From contig CAXXJS010000013.1 of the NCBI GenBank assembly GCA_963662665.2, positions 1 to 21,786 of the forward strand: 21,786 bases of DNA. Direction: 5' to 3'. A program made the translations under genes and the position numbers. The stretch is from Candidatus Latescibacterota bacterium. Lineage in GTDB: Bacteria; Latescibacterota; UBA2968; GCA-2709665. Below are positions 10,250 to 18,459 of this stretch, piece by piece; positions within the stretch are counted from its first letter, which is position 1; the number at the start of each line of letters is the position of its first letter. The notes under the pieces are model-generated. The model was not told the origin of the DNA, made no database searches, and saw only the letters and a program-made list of their open reading frames with translations.

Positions 10250-10273
10250 ACACGGAGACGCGAAGACACAAAG
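10250..10273. repeat. Degenerate 8-mer tandem repeat x3 (ACRCRRAG)
   Basis: ACACGGAG ACGCGAAG ACACAAAG in the intergenic spacer. Confidence 0.55.
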
Positions 10274-10391
10274 AAAAACCAGACAGGTTTGGCGAGAGCC
10301 GGTTCAAACGCAAATCCAAAAGGAGAGGAACCCCTTCAGCCCGGCGAACAGCCCATCTTTCATTTTAAAGGCAGCTCTCCCGCTGTGGCCA

Positions 10392-10871
10392 TCATTCGCG
10401 AGCGTTCTCGCCTCCAGGGGGGTGGTGGGGGGTGAGGGATTCCATAACGGGACGGATACCCGGTCCGTATTCGTACGTCATCCGACCCCCCGTATATCCG
10501 CTGATGGCAACGAGAATCGCCGTTACCGCCACTCCGACGAGATAGACAAAACGGACGGTTCCGGCGAATTTTCCTTTCTGGGAGAAATACGTACGGGCGA
10601 GGGTTAGCGCAATGGCGAGCCAGGTCGCGGCTGTGGAGAAGGATTCGTGCTGTTCGAGCGCGGCGGCAATGCCCGGAATTCCGGCGGCGTTTTCCTCGGC
10701 GGCGTTACCGGTAAGGGCGGCCGCAATCGCGGAGACGGCGCCCAGCACCAGGAGGAGGTAGCCGGTGCGGAGGAGTTGGTCCCTGCGGAACAGAATGCCG
10801 GCGGCGTCGCAGAAGAAGCCGACGGTGAGCAGAGAGACGGGAAAGTGGACGATAAACGGATGAAAGTCCAT
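10392..10871 (-). CDS. DUF2231-family integral membrane protein
   Basis: HPFIVHFP N-terminal motif, four hydrophobic segments, ALTG...HE, GYTGGRMTYEYG; 159 aa. Confidence 0.85.
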   Translation of the reverse strand: MDFHPFIVHFPVSLLTVGFFCDAAGILFRRDQLLRTGYLLLVLGAVSAIAAALTGNAAEENAAGIPGIAAALEQHESFSTAATWLAIALTLARTYFSQKGKFAGTVRFVYLVGVAVTAILVAISGYTGGRMTYEYGPGIRPVMESLTPHHPPGGENARE

Positions 10872-10901
10872 AAATGGCGTTGTGATCCGGGATTCGGGCG
10901 A

Positions 10902-11690
10902 TCAGCTCCACGCGCCTTTTGCCATCATCCCGCCGTCCACGCAGACGTTCTCGCCGGTCATGAATGAGGCGCTGTCACTTGCGAGGAACAGCACGGCCTG
11001 CGCGACGTCGTCGGGTGTTCCGATGCGGCCGATGGGATGGGACCGGCTCATCCGTTCCCGGTGTTCCGCCTCGTCGCCGCCCATCACCTTCAGGGCTTCC
11101 TCGACCAAGGGCGTGTCGATGGTCCCCGGGTTGACGGCAAGCACGCGCACGTTGTCCCCGGCGTATTCCAGGGCAAGCTGGCGGGTCAGCGAGAGCATGC
11201 CGCCTTTGCTCGCGGCGTAGGCGCACACGCCTTTCGTGGATTGAAGGCCCTGGACGCTGGCGGTGTTTATGATCACACCGCCGCCGCGCTTTATCATCTC
11301 CGGTATGCAGTGTCGGGACATCAGAAAGGCGCTCTTCAGGTTGACATCGAGGATATGGTCCCACGTCTCTTCCGGAAGTTCATGTGCCGGCAGGTAGCTG
11401 CCGGTGGGCTGGACGCCCACGTTGTTACAAAGGACGTCCACGCCGCCCAATTTGGAAACGGCAGCCTGAGCGAGCGAGCGACAATCGTCGTCCTGCGCCA
11501 CGTCGGCCACCCGAAAACGGATGCGACCTGAAAGGGGATCGCTTTCGGCCTCAAGGCGTTCGCCCGCTTTAACGTCTACGTCGGCGCAGAGCACGCGGGC
11601 GCCCTCCCTGGCGAAAGCCAGACAGATGCCGCGGCCGATGCCTTTTGCGCCGCCGGTAACAATGACCACTTTATCCTGAAATTCCGACAT
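10902..11690 (-). CDS. Classical SDR-family NAD(P)-dependent oxidoreductase
   Basis: TGGAKGIG, NNVG, ASVQG, YAASK, PGTIDT, VDGG; Asp after beta-2 (ADVD) suggests NAD preference. Start at ATG 11690 with upstream AGGAG. Confidence 0.93.
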   Translation of the reverse strand: MSEFQDKVVIVTGGAKGIGRGICLAFAREGARVLCADVDVKAGERLEAESDPLSGRIRFRVADVAQDDDCRSLAQAAVSKLGGVDVLCNNVGVQPTGSYLPAHELPEETWDHILDVNLKSAFLMSRHCIPEMIKRGGGVIINTASVQGLQSTKGVCAYAASKGGMLSLTRQLALEYAGDNVRVLAVNPGTIDTPLVEEALKVMGGDEAEHRERMSRSHPIGRIGTPDDVAQAVLFLASDSASFMTGENVCVDGGMMAKGAWS

Positions 11691-11741
11691 GGCGCACTCC
11701 TGATATGTGACAGGCAGGGGAAATGAGCGGACGGACAGGGA

Positions 11742-11771
11742 CAATTAGATAAAGAGGGCAACGGATGTCAA
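11742..11771 (-). promoter_or_regulatory. Candidate sigma70 promoter for the SDR gene
   Basis: Minus strand TTGACA (11771-11766), 16-nt spacer, TCTAAT (11749-11744), about 55 bp upstream of the start codon. Confidence 0.45.
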
Positions 11772-11923
11772 CGATTTGGCGCGGTGCTATGGCCGCCCCG
11801 CACGGGCGCGGGTCGATGCCGTGCTGGTTCGCCTGCACGTTTTTTTACTGACAGAGATGGGTTTTTTTGTTTACTTGTATTTTGAATTCGTTATTTGATC
11901 ATGCAATCGGCAAAGGAGAGATC

Positions 11924-14698
11924 ATGGATCGTCGTCCGAGGGGATGGATCGTTCTTGGTGTGCTGGTTGGCGGGTTTTTCGGCATCAGTTTCCTGGTGTC
12001 CTACTATACGGATTGGCTGTGGTTCAGGAGTCTGGACTACGATTCGGTGTTCTGGCGGATCATTCGCGCCCGCTTCGGGTCGGGGATGATTTTCGGCGGG
12101 ATCGCAGCGGTGGTGGTGGGGGTGAACCTGTGGATTGCCGGACGGGTTACACAGCAGGCGTTGCGCGTCGACGGCGAACCCGGCGGCCCGTTCCAGTCCA
12201 GAAAAATCCAGATTTTCATCGCGGCCGCATTGGTGTTTGTCCTGGGGAACATCGGCGCTAGCCAGTGGCCGGTTCTATTGCGGTACATCTACGAACAACC
12301 CTTCGGCGCGGCGGACCCGATTTTCAATCGGGAAGTGGGATTCTATGTGTTTCTGCTGCCGTTTTACGATTTCCTGTCCGGATTTCTGATTGCGTCGCTG
12401 GTCCTGTCGGCGCTGGTGGTGGTGGTGGTGTACGTTTCCGCGGGCGGTATCGGAATCCGGGAGGGGCTCGAGGTGGCGGAACGGCCCATGGCCCATCTTT
12501 CCGGATTGGGCGGGGTATTCCTTCTGGCGCTGGCATGGAAGTACCGGCTGAAAATCTTCAGCCTGTTGTATTCGCAGGGACGGTTTTTCGGGGCCGGTTA
12601 CGTGGATGTCAATGTTCAGATCTGGGCTTACTGGGTGATGGTGATCGTCTTCCTGGCTGCGGCGGTCTTCCTGTTCCTTAACGTCAGGTCGCCCAATACC
12701 CGGTTGCCGCTTCGGAGTATCGGTGTACTGGTCGTGGGCACAATCGTCGTGGGGGCGGTTCCCGCCACCGTGGTCCAGAAGCTCGTTGTGGAACCGAGCG
12801 AGCTTCGCCGGGAAGCCCCGTTTATCAAATACAATATCGAGGCGACCAACCGGGCATACGGGCTGGACCGGATCGATGAACAGCCGTTCGAGGCTTCCGA
12901 GGACCTCACGCTGGAGGATATCCGCGCCAATCCGCTGACGATGCGCAATATCCGGATCTGGGATGAACGCCCCCTGAAGCAGACCTATCAGCAGGTGCAG
13001 GAGATCCGGCCGTACTACGTATTTCCAAACGTGGACGTAGACCGGTACACGGTGGACGGCGTTTACAGGCAGGTGATGTTGTCCGCCAGGGAACTGGATA
13101 CGAACCGGCTGCCGTCCCAGGCCAGGAACTGGGTCAACGAACGTCTGCAGTATACCCACGGTTACGGGGTGACGATGAGCCCGGTGAACCACGTGACCAC
13201 GGAGGGCCTGCCGGCGTTTATGGTAAAGGATATTCCGCCGGTTGCGGATCCGGGGCTGGAGATCGGGCGTCCCGAGATATACTACGGCGAAAGAACCTAC
13301 GCTTACGTGGTCGTGAAGACGGGGATTCAGGAATTCGACTATCCGAAGGGCGATGAAAACCGGTATTCGACCTACGAGGGAATGGGAGGCGTGTCCACCG
13401 GCAGTTTTATCAATCGACTGGCGTTCGCGATTCGTTTCTGGGACGTAAGCCTTCTGTTGAGCGGTTACATATTGCCGGAAAGCCGCATTATGTTCCGTCG
13501 TCAGATCCGGGAGCGGGTCCAGACACTGATTCCATTTCTACTGTACGATACCGACCCCTATATCGTGGCTTCCGAAGGAAGGCTCTACTGGATACAGGAT
13601 GCGTATACGATTTCCGACATGTATCCATATTCGACGCGGTCGGGGCGGATGCGGATCAACTATATCAGAAACTCCGTGAAGGTGGTGGTTGATGCCTACG
13701 ACGGCACGGTCACGTTCTACCAGGTGGATACCGAAGATCCGTTGATTCGATCTTATAACGAGATGTTCCCGGGCCTGTTCCAGCCGATGTCCGCCATGGC
13801 GGAAGATTTGAAGGCGCACGTGAGGTATCCGATCGATCTGTTTTTCACGCAGGCCGCCATGTACCGGAACTATCACATGGAAGACGTCAACGTCTTCTTC
13901 AACCAGGAGGATCTCTGGGAGATTCCGAACGAGATCTACAGCGACCAGCCACAGCCCATGCTGCCTTACTATATCATCGTCAAGCTGCCGGGCGAGAGCC
14001 AGGAGGAATTTCTGCTGATGGTGCCCTTTACGCCTGCAAAGCGAGACAATATGATAGCCTGGCTCGCGGCGCGGTCGGACGGAGAAAACTACGGGCATCT
14101 GCTGGTTTACAAACTGCCTAAAGACAAACTTATCTACGGCCCGATGCAGATCGAAGCGCGGGTGGATCAGCAGCCGGACATCTCCAGCCAGCTCACGTTG
14201 TGGGGCCAGCGCGGGTCGGAGGTGATCCGGGGGAACCTGCTGGCCATTCCGGTGGAGCGTTCGTTCATCTACGTCGAACCCATCTATCTGCAGGCGAGGC
14301 AGGAGCCCGAACAGCAGGCGTACGGGCAGGATGAAGGCATGCCCGGGGGGCAACCCCCGCAAAGGCGGCAACAGGAACGCAGTTCGGCGATTCCGGAGTT
14401 GAAGCAGGTGATTGTCGCTTTCGGCGGACAGGTGGTCATGCGGAAAACGTTCGATGAGGCGCTGACCGTCCTGTTCGGCGGGGGATCCGGCATCACCATG
14501 GGCGCAAGCGAAGAAGAATCGCCAGCGTCTGCCGGGGCCGTGCAGCCGCAGCGTTCCGCGGCCGAACTGGCGGCGAAAGCGGATGCGCACTATTCCCGTG
14601 TGCGTTCGGCGATGCAGCAGTGGGACTGGGAGGCGGCGGGAAAGGAAATGAAGGCGCTGGAGGAGACGATCAGGGCGCTGAAGGAAGAGTTGAAATAG
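11924..14698 (+). CDS. UPF0182-family membrane protein
   Basis: YTDWLWF, FGAADPIFNREVGFYVFLLPF, GAGYVDV, NIRIWD, DVDRY, YTHGYG, NYIRNSVK, SEVIRGNLL; ATG 11924 preceded by AAAGGAG; about 924 aa. Confidence 0.93.
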   Translation: MDRRPRGWIVLGVLVGGFFGISFLVSYYTDWLWFRSLDYDSVFWRIIRARFGSGMIFGGIAAVVVGVNLWIAGRVTQQALRVDGEPGGPFQSRKIQIFIAAALVFVLGNIGASQWPVLLRYIYEQPFGAADPIFNREVGFYVFLLPFYDFLSGFLIASLVLSALVVVVVYVSAGGIGIREGLEVAERPMAHLSGLGGVFLLALAWKYRLKIFSLLYSQGRFFGAGYVDVNVQIWAYWVMVIVFLAAAVFLFLNVRSPNTRLPLRSIGVLVVGTIVVGAVPATVVQKLVVEPSELRREAPFIKYNIEATNRAYGLDRIDEQPFEASEDLTLEDIRANPLTMRNIRIWDERPLKQTYQQVQEIRPYYVFPNVDVDRYTVDGVYRQVMLSARELDTNRLPSQARNWVNERLQYTHGYGVTMSPVNHVTTEGLPAFMVKDIPPVADPGLEIGRPEIYYGERTYAYVVVKTGIQEFDYPKGDENRYSTYEGMGGVSTGSFINRLAFAIRFWDVSLLLSGYILPESRIMFRRQIRERVQTLIPFLLYDTDPYIVASEGRLYWIQDAYTISDMYPYSTRSGRMRINYIRNSVKVVVDAYDGTVTFYQVDTEDPLIRSYNEMFPGLFQPMSAMAEDLKAHVRYPIDLFFTQAAMYRNYHMEDVNVFFNQEDLWEIPNEIYSDQPQPMLPYYIIVKLPGESQEEFLLMVPFTPAKRDNMIAWLAARSDGENYGHLLVYKLPKDKLIYGPMQIEARVDQQPDISSQLTLWGQRGSEVIRGNLLAIPVERSFIYVEPIYLQARQEPEQQAYGQDEGMPGGQPPQRRQQERSSAIPELKQVIVAFGGQVVMRKTFDEALTVLFGGGSGITMGASEEESPASAGAVQPQRSAAELAAKADAHYSRVRSAMQQWDWEAAGKEMKALEETIRALKEELK

Positions 14699-14743
14699 AA
14701 ACCGGCCGGGCCGAAGAATTCGTTTTCTGTAAGGGATCTGCAG

Positions 14744-15718
14744 ATGACGGTAAAGGTTGGCTTTATTGGCGCCGGGAATATCTCACGTGCGCATCGCAGG
14801 CATCTGAAGCGTATCGACGACGTGGCGGTCGTGGCTGTTTGCGACGTGGACCGGACGAAGGCTGCCGAGGCGGCGGCGGAATGGGGCGCCAGCGTATTCA
14901 CGGACTACCGGATCATGCTGGACGAGGTGGCGTTGGATGCCGTATATATCTGCGTCCCTCCATTTGCGCACGAAACGCAGGAGGTCCTGGCCGCGGAAAA
15001 GGGGATCGCCCTGTTTGTAGAGAAGCCCATCGCCCTGCACATGGAGACGGCTCGGGAGGCCGACGCGGCCATACGGGAACACGGCGTGATTTCCTGCGTT
15101 GGATTCCAGGGCCGGTACCTGGACATTATCGGGAAAACGCGGGATCTGCTTGCGAGCCGGCCGGCGGGTCTGGCCATCGGATACTGGATGGGCGGGCTGC
15201 CGGGCACGCCCTGGTGGCGGCGGAAGCAGATGTCCGGGGGGCAGGCCGTTGAGCAGACGGTTCACGTGACGGATATGGCCAGGTATCTGTTCGGCGACGT
15301 GAAGACGGTATATGCCGGCGGCCGTACCGGATTGATGTCGGACGTGGAGGGCTACGATATAGAAGACGCGAGCGCGGCCACGTTGATTTTCGAAAACGGA
15401 ATGCTGGCAACGCTTTTTTCGGCCTGTTTCCTCTCGTGCGGCCATCGCGGCGGGCTGGATATATACACGAAGGACATGGTCATTGAGTACAAAGAGAGAA
15501 AATCCATTACGGTTGTGCATGGGGATCGGTCCGAGTATATCGAAGTCGGCAACGACTATTGGCAGGAAATGGATAACGCCTTTATAGAGGCGGTGCGCAC
15601 CGGCGACGGATCGAAGCTTCGATGTCCTTACTCGGATGCCGTGAAGACCCAGCAGGTGGTTGTGGCTGTAAACCGGTCGCTCGAGACGGGCGAACCGGTA
15701 TCGATTGCGGATGTATAA
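14744..15718 (+). CDS. Gfo/Idh/MocA-family oxidoreductase
   Basis: VGFIGAGNIS Rossmann fold, CVPPFAH, FVEKPI, SGGQAVEQTVH; 324 aa. Confidence 0.92.
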   Translation: MTVKVGFIGAGNISRAHRRHLKRIDDVAVVAVCDVDRTKAAEAAAEWGASVFTDYRIMLDEVALDAVYICVPPFAHETQEVLAAEKGIALFVEKPIALHMETAREADAAIREHGVISCVGFQGRYLDIIGKTRDLLASRPAGLAIGYWMGGLPGTPWWRRKQMSGGQAVEQTVHVTDMARYLFGDVKTVYAGGRTGLMSDVEGYDIEDASAATLIFENGMLATLFSACFLSCGHRGGLDIYTKDMVIEYKERKSITVVHGDRSEYIEVGNDYWQEMDNAFIEAVRTGDGSKLRCPYSDAVKTQQVVVAVNRSLETGEPVSIADV

Positions 15719-15720
15719 AT

Positions 15721-15771
15721 AGCCATCAGCCGTCAGCTGTCAGCTAAAAACAAAAAGGACGAACAAAAAGG
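15721..15771. repeat. 7-mer tandem array (AGCYRTC x3.5) followed by a 10-bp direct repeat
   Basis: AGCCATC AGCCGTC AGCTGTC AGCTA (15721-15746); AACAAAAAGG at 15749-15758 and 15762-15771. Confidence 0.65.
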
Positions 15772-15789
15772 TAAGTTGATGAGAACGAC

Positions 15790-15826
15790 AAAGGGGCGCT
15801 GCGATATTGCAGCGCCCCCCTTATTT
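15790..15826. terminator. Probable bidirectional intrinsic terminator
   Basis: GGGGCGCTGC (15793-15802) / GCAGCGCCCC (15809-15818) 10-bp stem, AAA on the left and TTATTT on the right; lies between convergent genes. Confidence 0.75.
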
Positions 15827-15839
15827 CGGCTGTTTGCGG

Positions 15840-17411
15840 CTACTTGTACATCTTCATCTGCCCGGATTTGAGCCGGCCCCAGTATTCGTTGAGGGTGGCC
15901 TTGATCTGTGGGCTTAGGATCACGCCGCCGATGATGTTGGGGAATGCCATTCCCAGGATCATCATGTCGGTGAAGCTGAGCACGTTGTCCAGGGCGGTGA
16001 CGGCGCCGAAGAAAACGAAAAAGACGAAGATGATGCGGTACGCATAGATCGTCGCATCTCCAAAAAGATATTCCCAGGCACGCTCGCCGTAATAGGACCA
16101 GGATATCATAGTGGAGTAGGCAAAGAGCACGACGGCGATTGCGAGTACATTGCGGGCCCCGGGAATGAAGGTTTCGAAAGCCGCGGCCGTCATCGCCGCG
16201 CCCACCGGTTGCCCCTGCTGGGCCTGACCGAGGAATTGGGGATCCGCGTAGACGCCCGTGATCAGACAGACCAGGCCCGTCATCAGGCAGATGACGACCG
16301 TGTCGATAAAGGGTCCGATCATGGCCACCATGCCCTCCCGGGCGGGTTCGTCGGTTTTGGCGGCGGCGTGGGCGAACGCGGCGGATCCGAGGCCGGCCTC
16401 GTTGGAGAAGGCGGCGCGGCGGATGCCGGTTACCAGCACGCCGATGAAGCCGCCATAGAGCGCCTGAGGCGAAAAGGCCTGGCTGAAGATGGTGGCCAGC
16501 ATTTCAGGTATGCGTGTGACGTTGGTAAGGATGATCAGAAGGCAGGTGGCAACGTACAACAGGCACATGGTGGGCACCACGCGGGACGTGACGCGTCCGA
16601 TCCGCCGGATGCCGCCGATAATTACAACGGCGACCATGGCGGCGAGTACGATGCCGACCAGCCAGTTGTAGTCCTTGAAGACCGGCGAAACCGTGCCCAG
16701 TATTTCCAGCGTCTGATTGGCCTGGAACATATTGCCGCCGCCCAGGCTTCCTCCCACGGTCAGAAAGGCGAACATCACCGCCAGGGTGCGGCCGAACTCC
16801 CCCATGCCCTTCAATTTAAGGCCGTTTTCCAGGTAATACATGGGGCCGCCGGAGACACGTCCGTCGGGGTGTATCTTCCTGTACATGATTGCCAGGGTAC
16901 AGGAGGCGAGTTTGGAGGACATGCCGAAGAACGCGGTGACGAGCATCCAGAAAATCGCACCGGGTCCGCCAAGGCTTACGGCGATGGCCACGCCCGCGAT
17001 GTTTCCGAGCCCGACCGTGGCCGAGAGCGCGCTGGTGAGGGCCTGGAAATGTGAGATTTCGCCGGGATCGTCGGGATTGTCGTAGCGGCCGCGGATGATA
17101 TCGATGGAGTGGCGGAATCCCTTCAGGGAAAGCCATCCGAAGAAAAAGGAATAATAGATGCCTCCCAGAAGAAGGACCACGACGATGAGCGGAATCCCCG
17201 TGCCGAACGAAGCAAAGAGGACCGCCGCCAGGAGCTCGACCGTGTTTCCGAAGAGGCCGTCCAGTTCGGCAAGATTGGTCTGTATCCAGGCGTTTAAGGT
17301 TCCGGTTTCCGCCTGAGCGGTTCCCCCCGCAAAGGCCAGGACGGGAAAGACGAGCGTCAGAAGCCAGAAGGAACCGAACAATACAACGGGAAGACGAATG
17401 ACTCTACGCAT
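15840..17411 (-). CDS. Alanine/glycine:cation symporter (AGCS, AlsT/AgcS family)
   Basis: GEISHFQAL, ATVGLGNIAGVA, GGPGAIFWM, GGPMYY, FSNEAGLGSA, FIDTVVIC, FAYSTMISWSYYGE. Start at ATG 17411 after AAGGAAGG; the longer ORF start overlaps the upstream gene. Confidence 0.95.
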   Translation of the reverse strand: MRRVIRLPVVLFGSFWLLTLVFPVLAFAGGTAQAETGTLNAWIQTNLAELDGLFGNTVELLAAVLFASFGTGIPLIVVVLLLGGIYYSFFFGWLSLKGFRHSIDIIRGRYDNPDDPGEISHFQALTSALSATVGLGNIAGVAIAVSLGGPGAIFWMLVTAFFGMSSKLASCTLAIMYRKIHPDGRVSGGPMYYLENGLKLKGMGEFGRTLAVMFAFLTVGGSLGGGNMFQANQTLEILGTVSPVFKDYNWLVGIVLAAMVAVVIIGGIRRIGRVTSRVVPTMCLLYVATCLLIILTNVTRIPEMLATIFSQAFSPQALYGGFIGVLVTGIRRAAFSNEAGLGSAAFAHAAAKTDEPAREGMVAMIGPFIDTVVICLMTGLVCLITGVYADPQFLGQAQQGQPVGAAMTAAAFETFIPGARNVLAIAVVLFAYSTMISWSYYGERAWEYLFGDATIYAYRIIFVFFVFFGAVTALDNVLSFTDMMILGMAFPNIIGGVILSPQIKATLNEYWGRLKSGQMKMYK

Positions 17412-17473
17412 AGAGACCTTCCTTGAGATCGAGTTGTGGGATACCCGGGTGATAAACGTACGTTGGTTGCGTG

Positions 17474-17502
17474 AATATGTAGAATCCCGAACGCACAGGC
17501 AA
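17474..17502 (-). promoter_or_regulatory. Candidate sigma70 promoter for the symporter
   Basis: Minus strand TTGCCT (17502-17497), 17-nt spacer, CATATT (17479-17474). Confidence 0.35.
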
Positions 17503-17560
17503 CAGCAATCCCACGCGCGTCGGGAAACGCGCCATGCACCCGTTCGGCCGGTTTTCGCCG

Positions 17561-18439
17561 TTACGGTCTTGCAGGCCGCTCGCCGTCGCGACGGTCCCGG
17601 CCGACAATCCAGCCAAGGCGCTCCTCGTGTGAACTCTCGGCAAGCCGGAGATTCTCCTCGGTGACGGTTAGACACTTTGAGATTTCCCGGTACCCCCGGA
17701 TAAAGGTCTCGGCGTAACCGGTGTTGGCCTTCCACCCCTGAAATCCGGCGCTGGACTCGATCCGCTTTTTCGCGAATTCCGCCGTGTGCCCCTGGGATTC
17801 GAAGATTGTTTCCGCCTCAATCCGCTTGCTGACCTGATCGGAAATATCAATACAGACGTCGACCTCGTGGAAAGCGTAGTCGATGCCCGTATAGTAAATG
17901 GAAGCCACCCTGTGAGGCGCGCGACCCCCCTCGGTGTCGGGGATGGACACGTGGTTGAGCGCCTTTTGCACGGCAATACCGGCCGCGGTATGGTCGTTGA
18001 CCCAGGCCAGGTGAAACCTCCGGTCGGGCAGGGTGTAGGGCGAGTGGGTCAGAATCATCTGTGGACGGACGTCGTACAGAATATCCGCCAGGGCCGAAAC
18101 CACGTCGTCGGTGACCTCGAAGGGATGATCCGAGAACGGAAGCACGGTCACGTCGGTGACGCCGAAGACCGCGCATGCCCTCACGAATTCCCCTGTTTTG
18201 CGCTTTGCGTAATCTTCACTCGATCCGTCAACGACGGTTCTGTCTCTCAGGTCTGGCGGTTTACGCAGTTCATCGGCCAGTTTTTCATTGTGGGTGCGTT
18301 GTCCGCCCGTCATCGCCACCACGGAAACACGGTCGCCGCGGTCGACGTGGAGGGCGCAGGTGCCCCCCATGTGGCACACATCGTGCGGATGGGCAACAAC
18401 GACGAGCAGTTTGAGACCACCGTTGTCCGGTGCTGGCAT
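17561..18439 (-). CDS. PIG-L/LmbE-fold metalloenzyme with non-canonical motifs
   Basis: LLVVVAHPHD, MTGG, RKTGEFVRACAVFGV, VRPQMILTH, NDH, IDISD, FESQ, YAETF follow the PIG-L layout. Start at ATG 18439, 20 bp after the ThDP enzyme stop. Confidence 0.85.
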   Translation of the reverse strand: MPAPDNGGLKLLVVVAHPHDVCHMGGTCALHVDRGDRVSVVAMTGGQRTHNEKLADELRKPPDLRDRTVVDGSSEDYAKRKTGEFVRACAVFGVTDVTVLPFSDHPFEVTDDVVSALADILYDVRPQMILTHSPYTLPDRRFHLAWVNDHTAAGIAVQKALNHVSIPDTEGGRAPHRVASIYYTGIDYAFHEVDVCIDISDQVSKRIEAETIFESQGHTAEFAKKRIESSAGFQGWKANTGYAETFIRGYREISKCLTVTEENLRLAESSHEERLGWIVGRDRRDGERPARP

Positions 18440-18459
18440 GGGCCTGTCCCCTTCCGTTT

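Noticed and set aside
9588-10607. ORFs spanning the fadN-DUF2231 spacer (339 aa +, 113 aa +, 195 aa -)
   Set aside because: They overlap real genes and read through repeat DNA (PQPPLPRERG, SPSPVGEGAGG are translations of the REP-like hairpin); no protein family signal.
12414-12430. (GTG)n run inside UPF0182
   Set aside because: It encodes a poly-Val transmembrane stretch in frame; not a phase-variation tract.
17412-17560. Glycine riboswitch upstream of the alanine/glycine symporter
   Set aside because: Commonly found at such genes, but the GGAGA...CCGAAG...CTCAGG aptamer pattern is not recognisable and the spacer is short.
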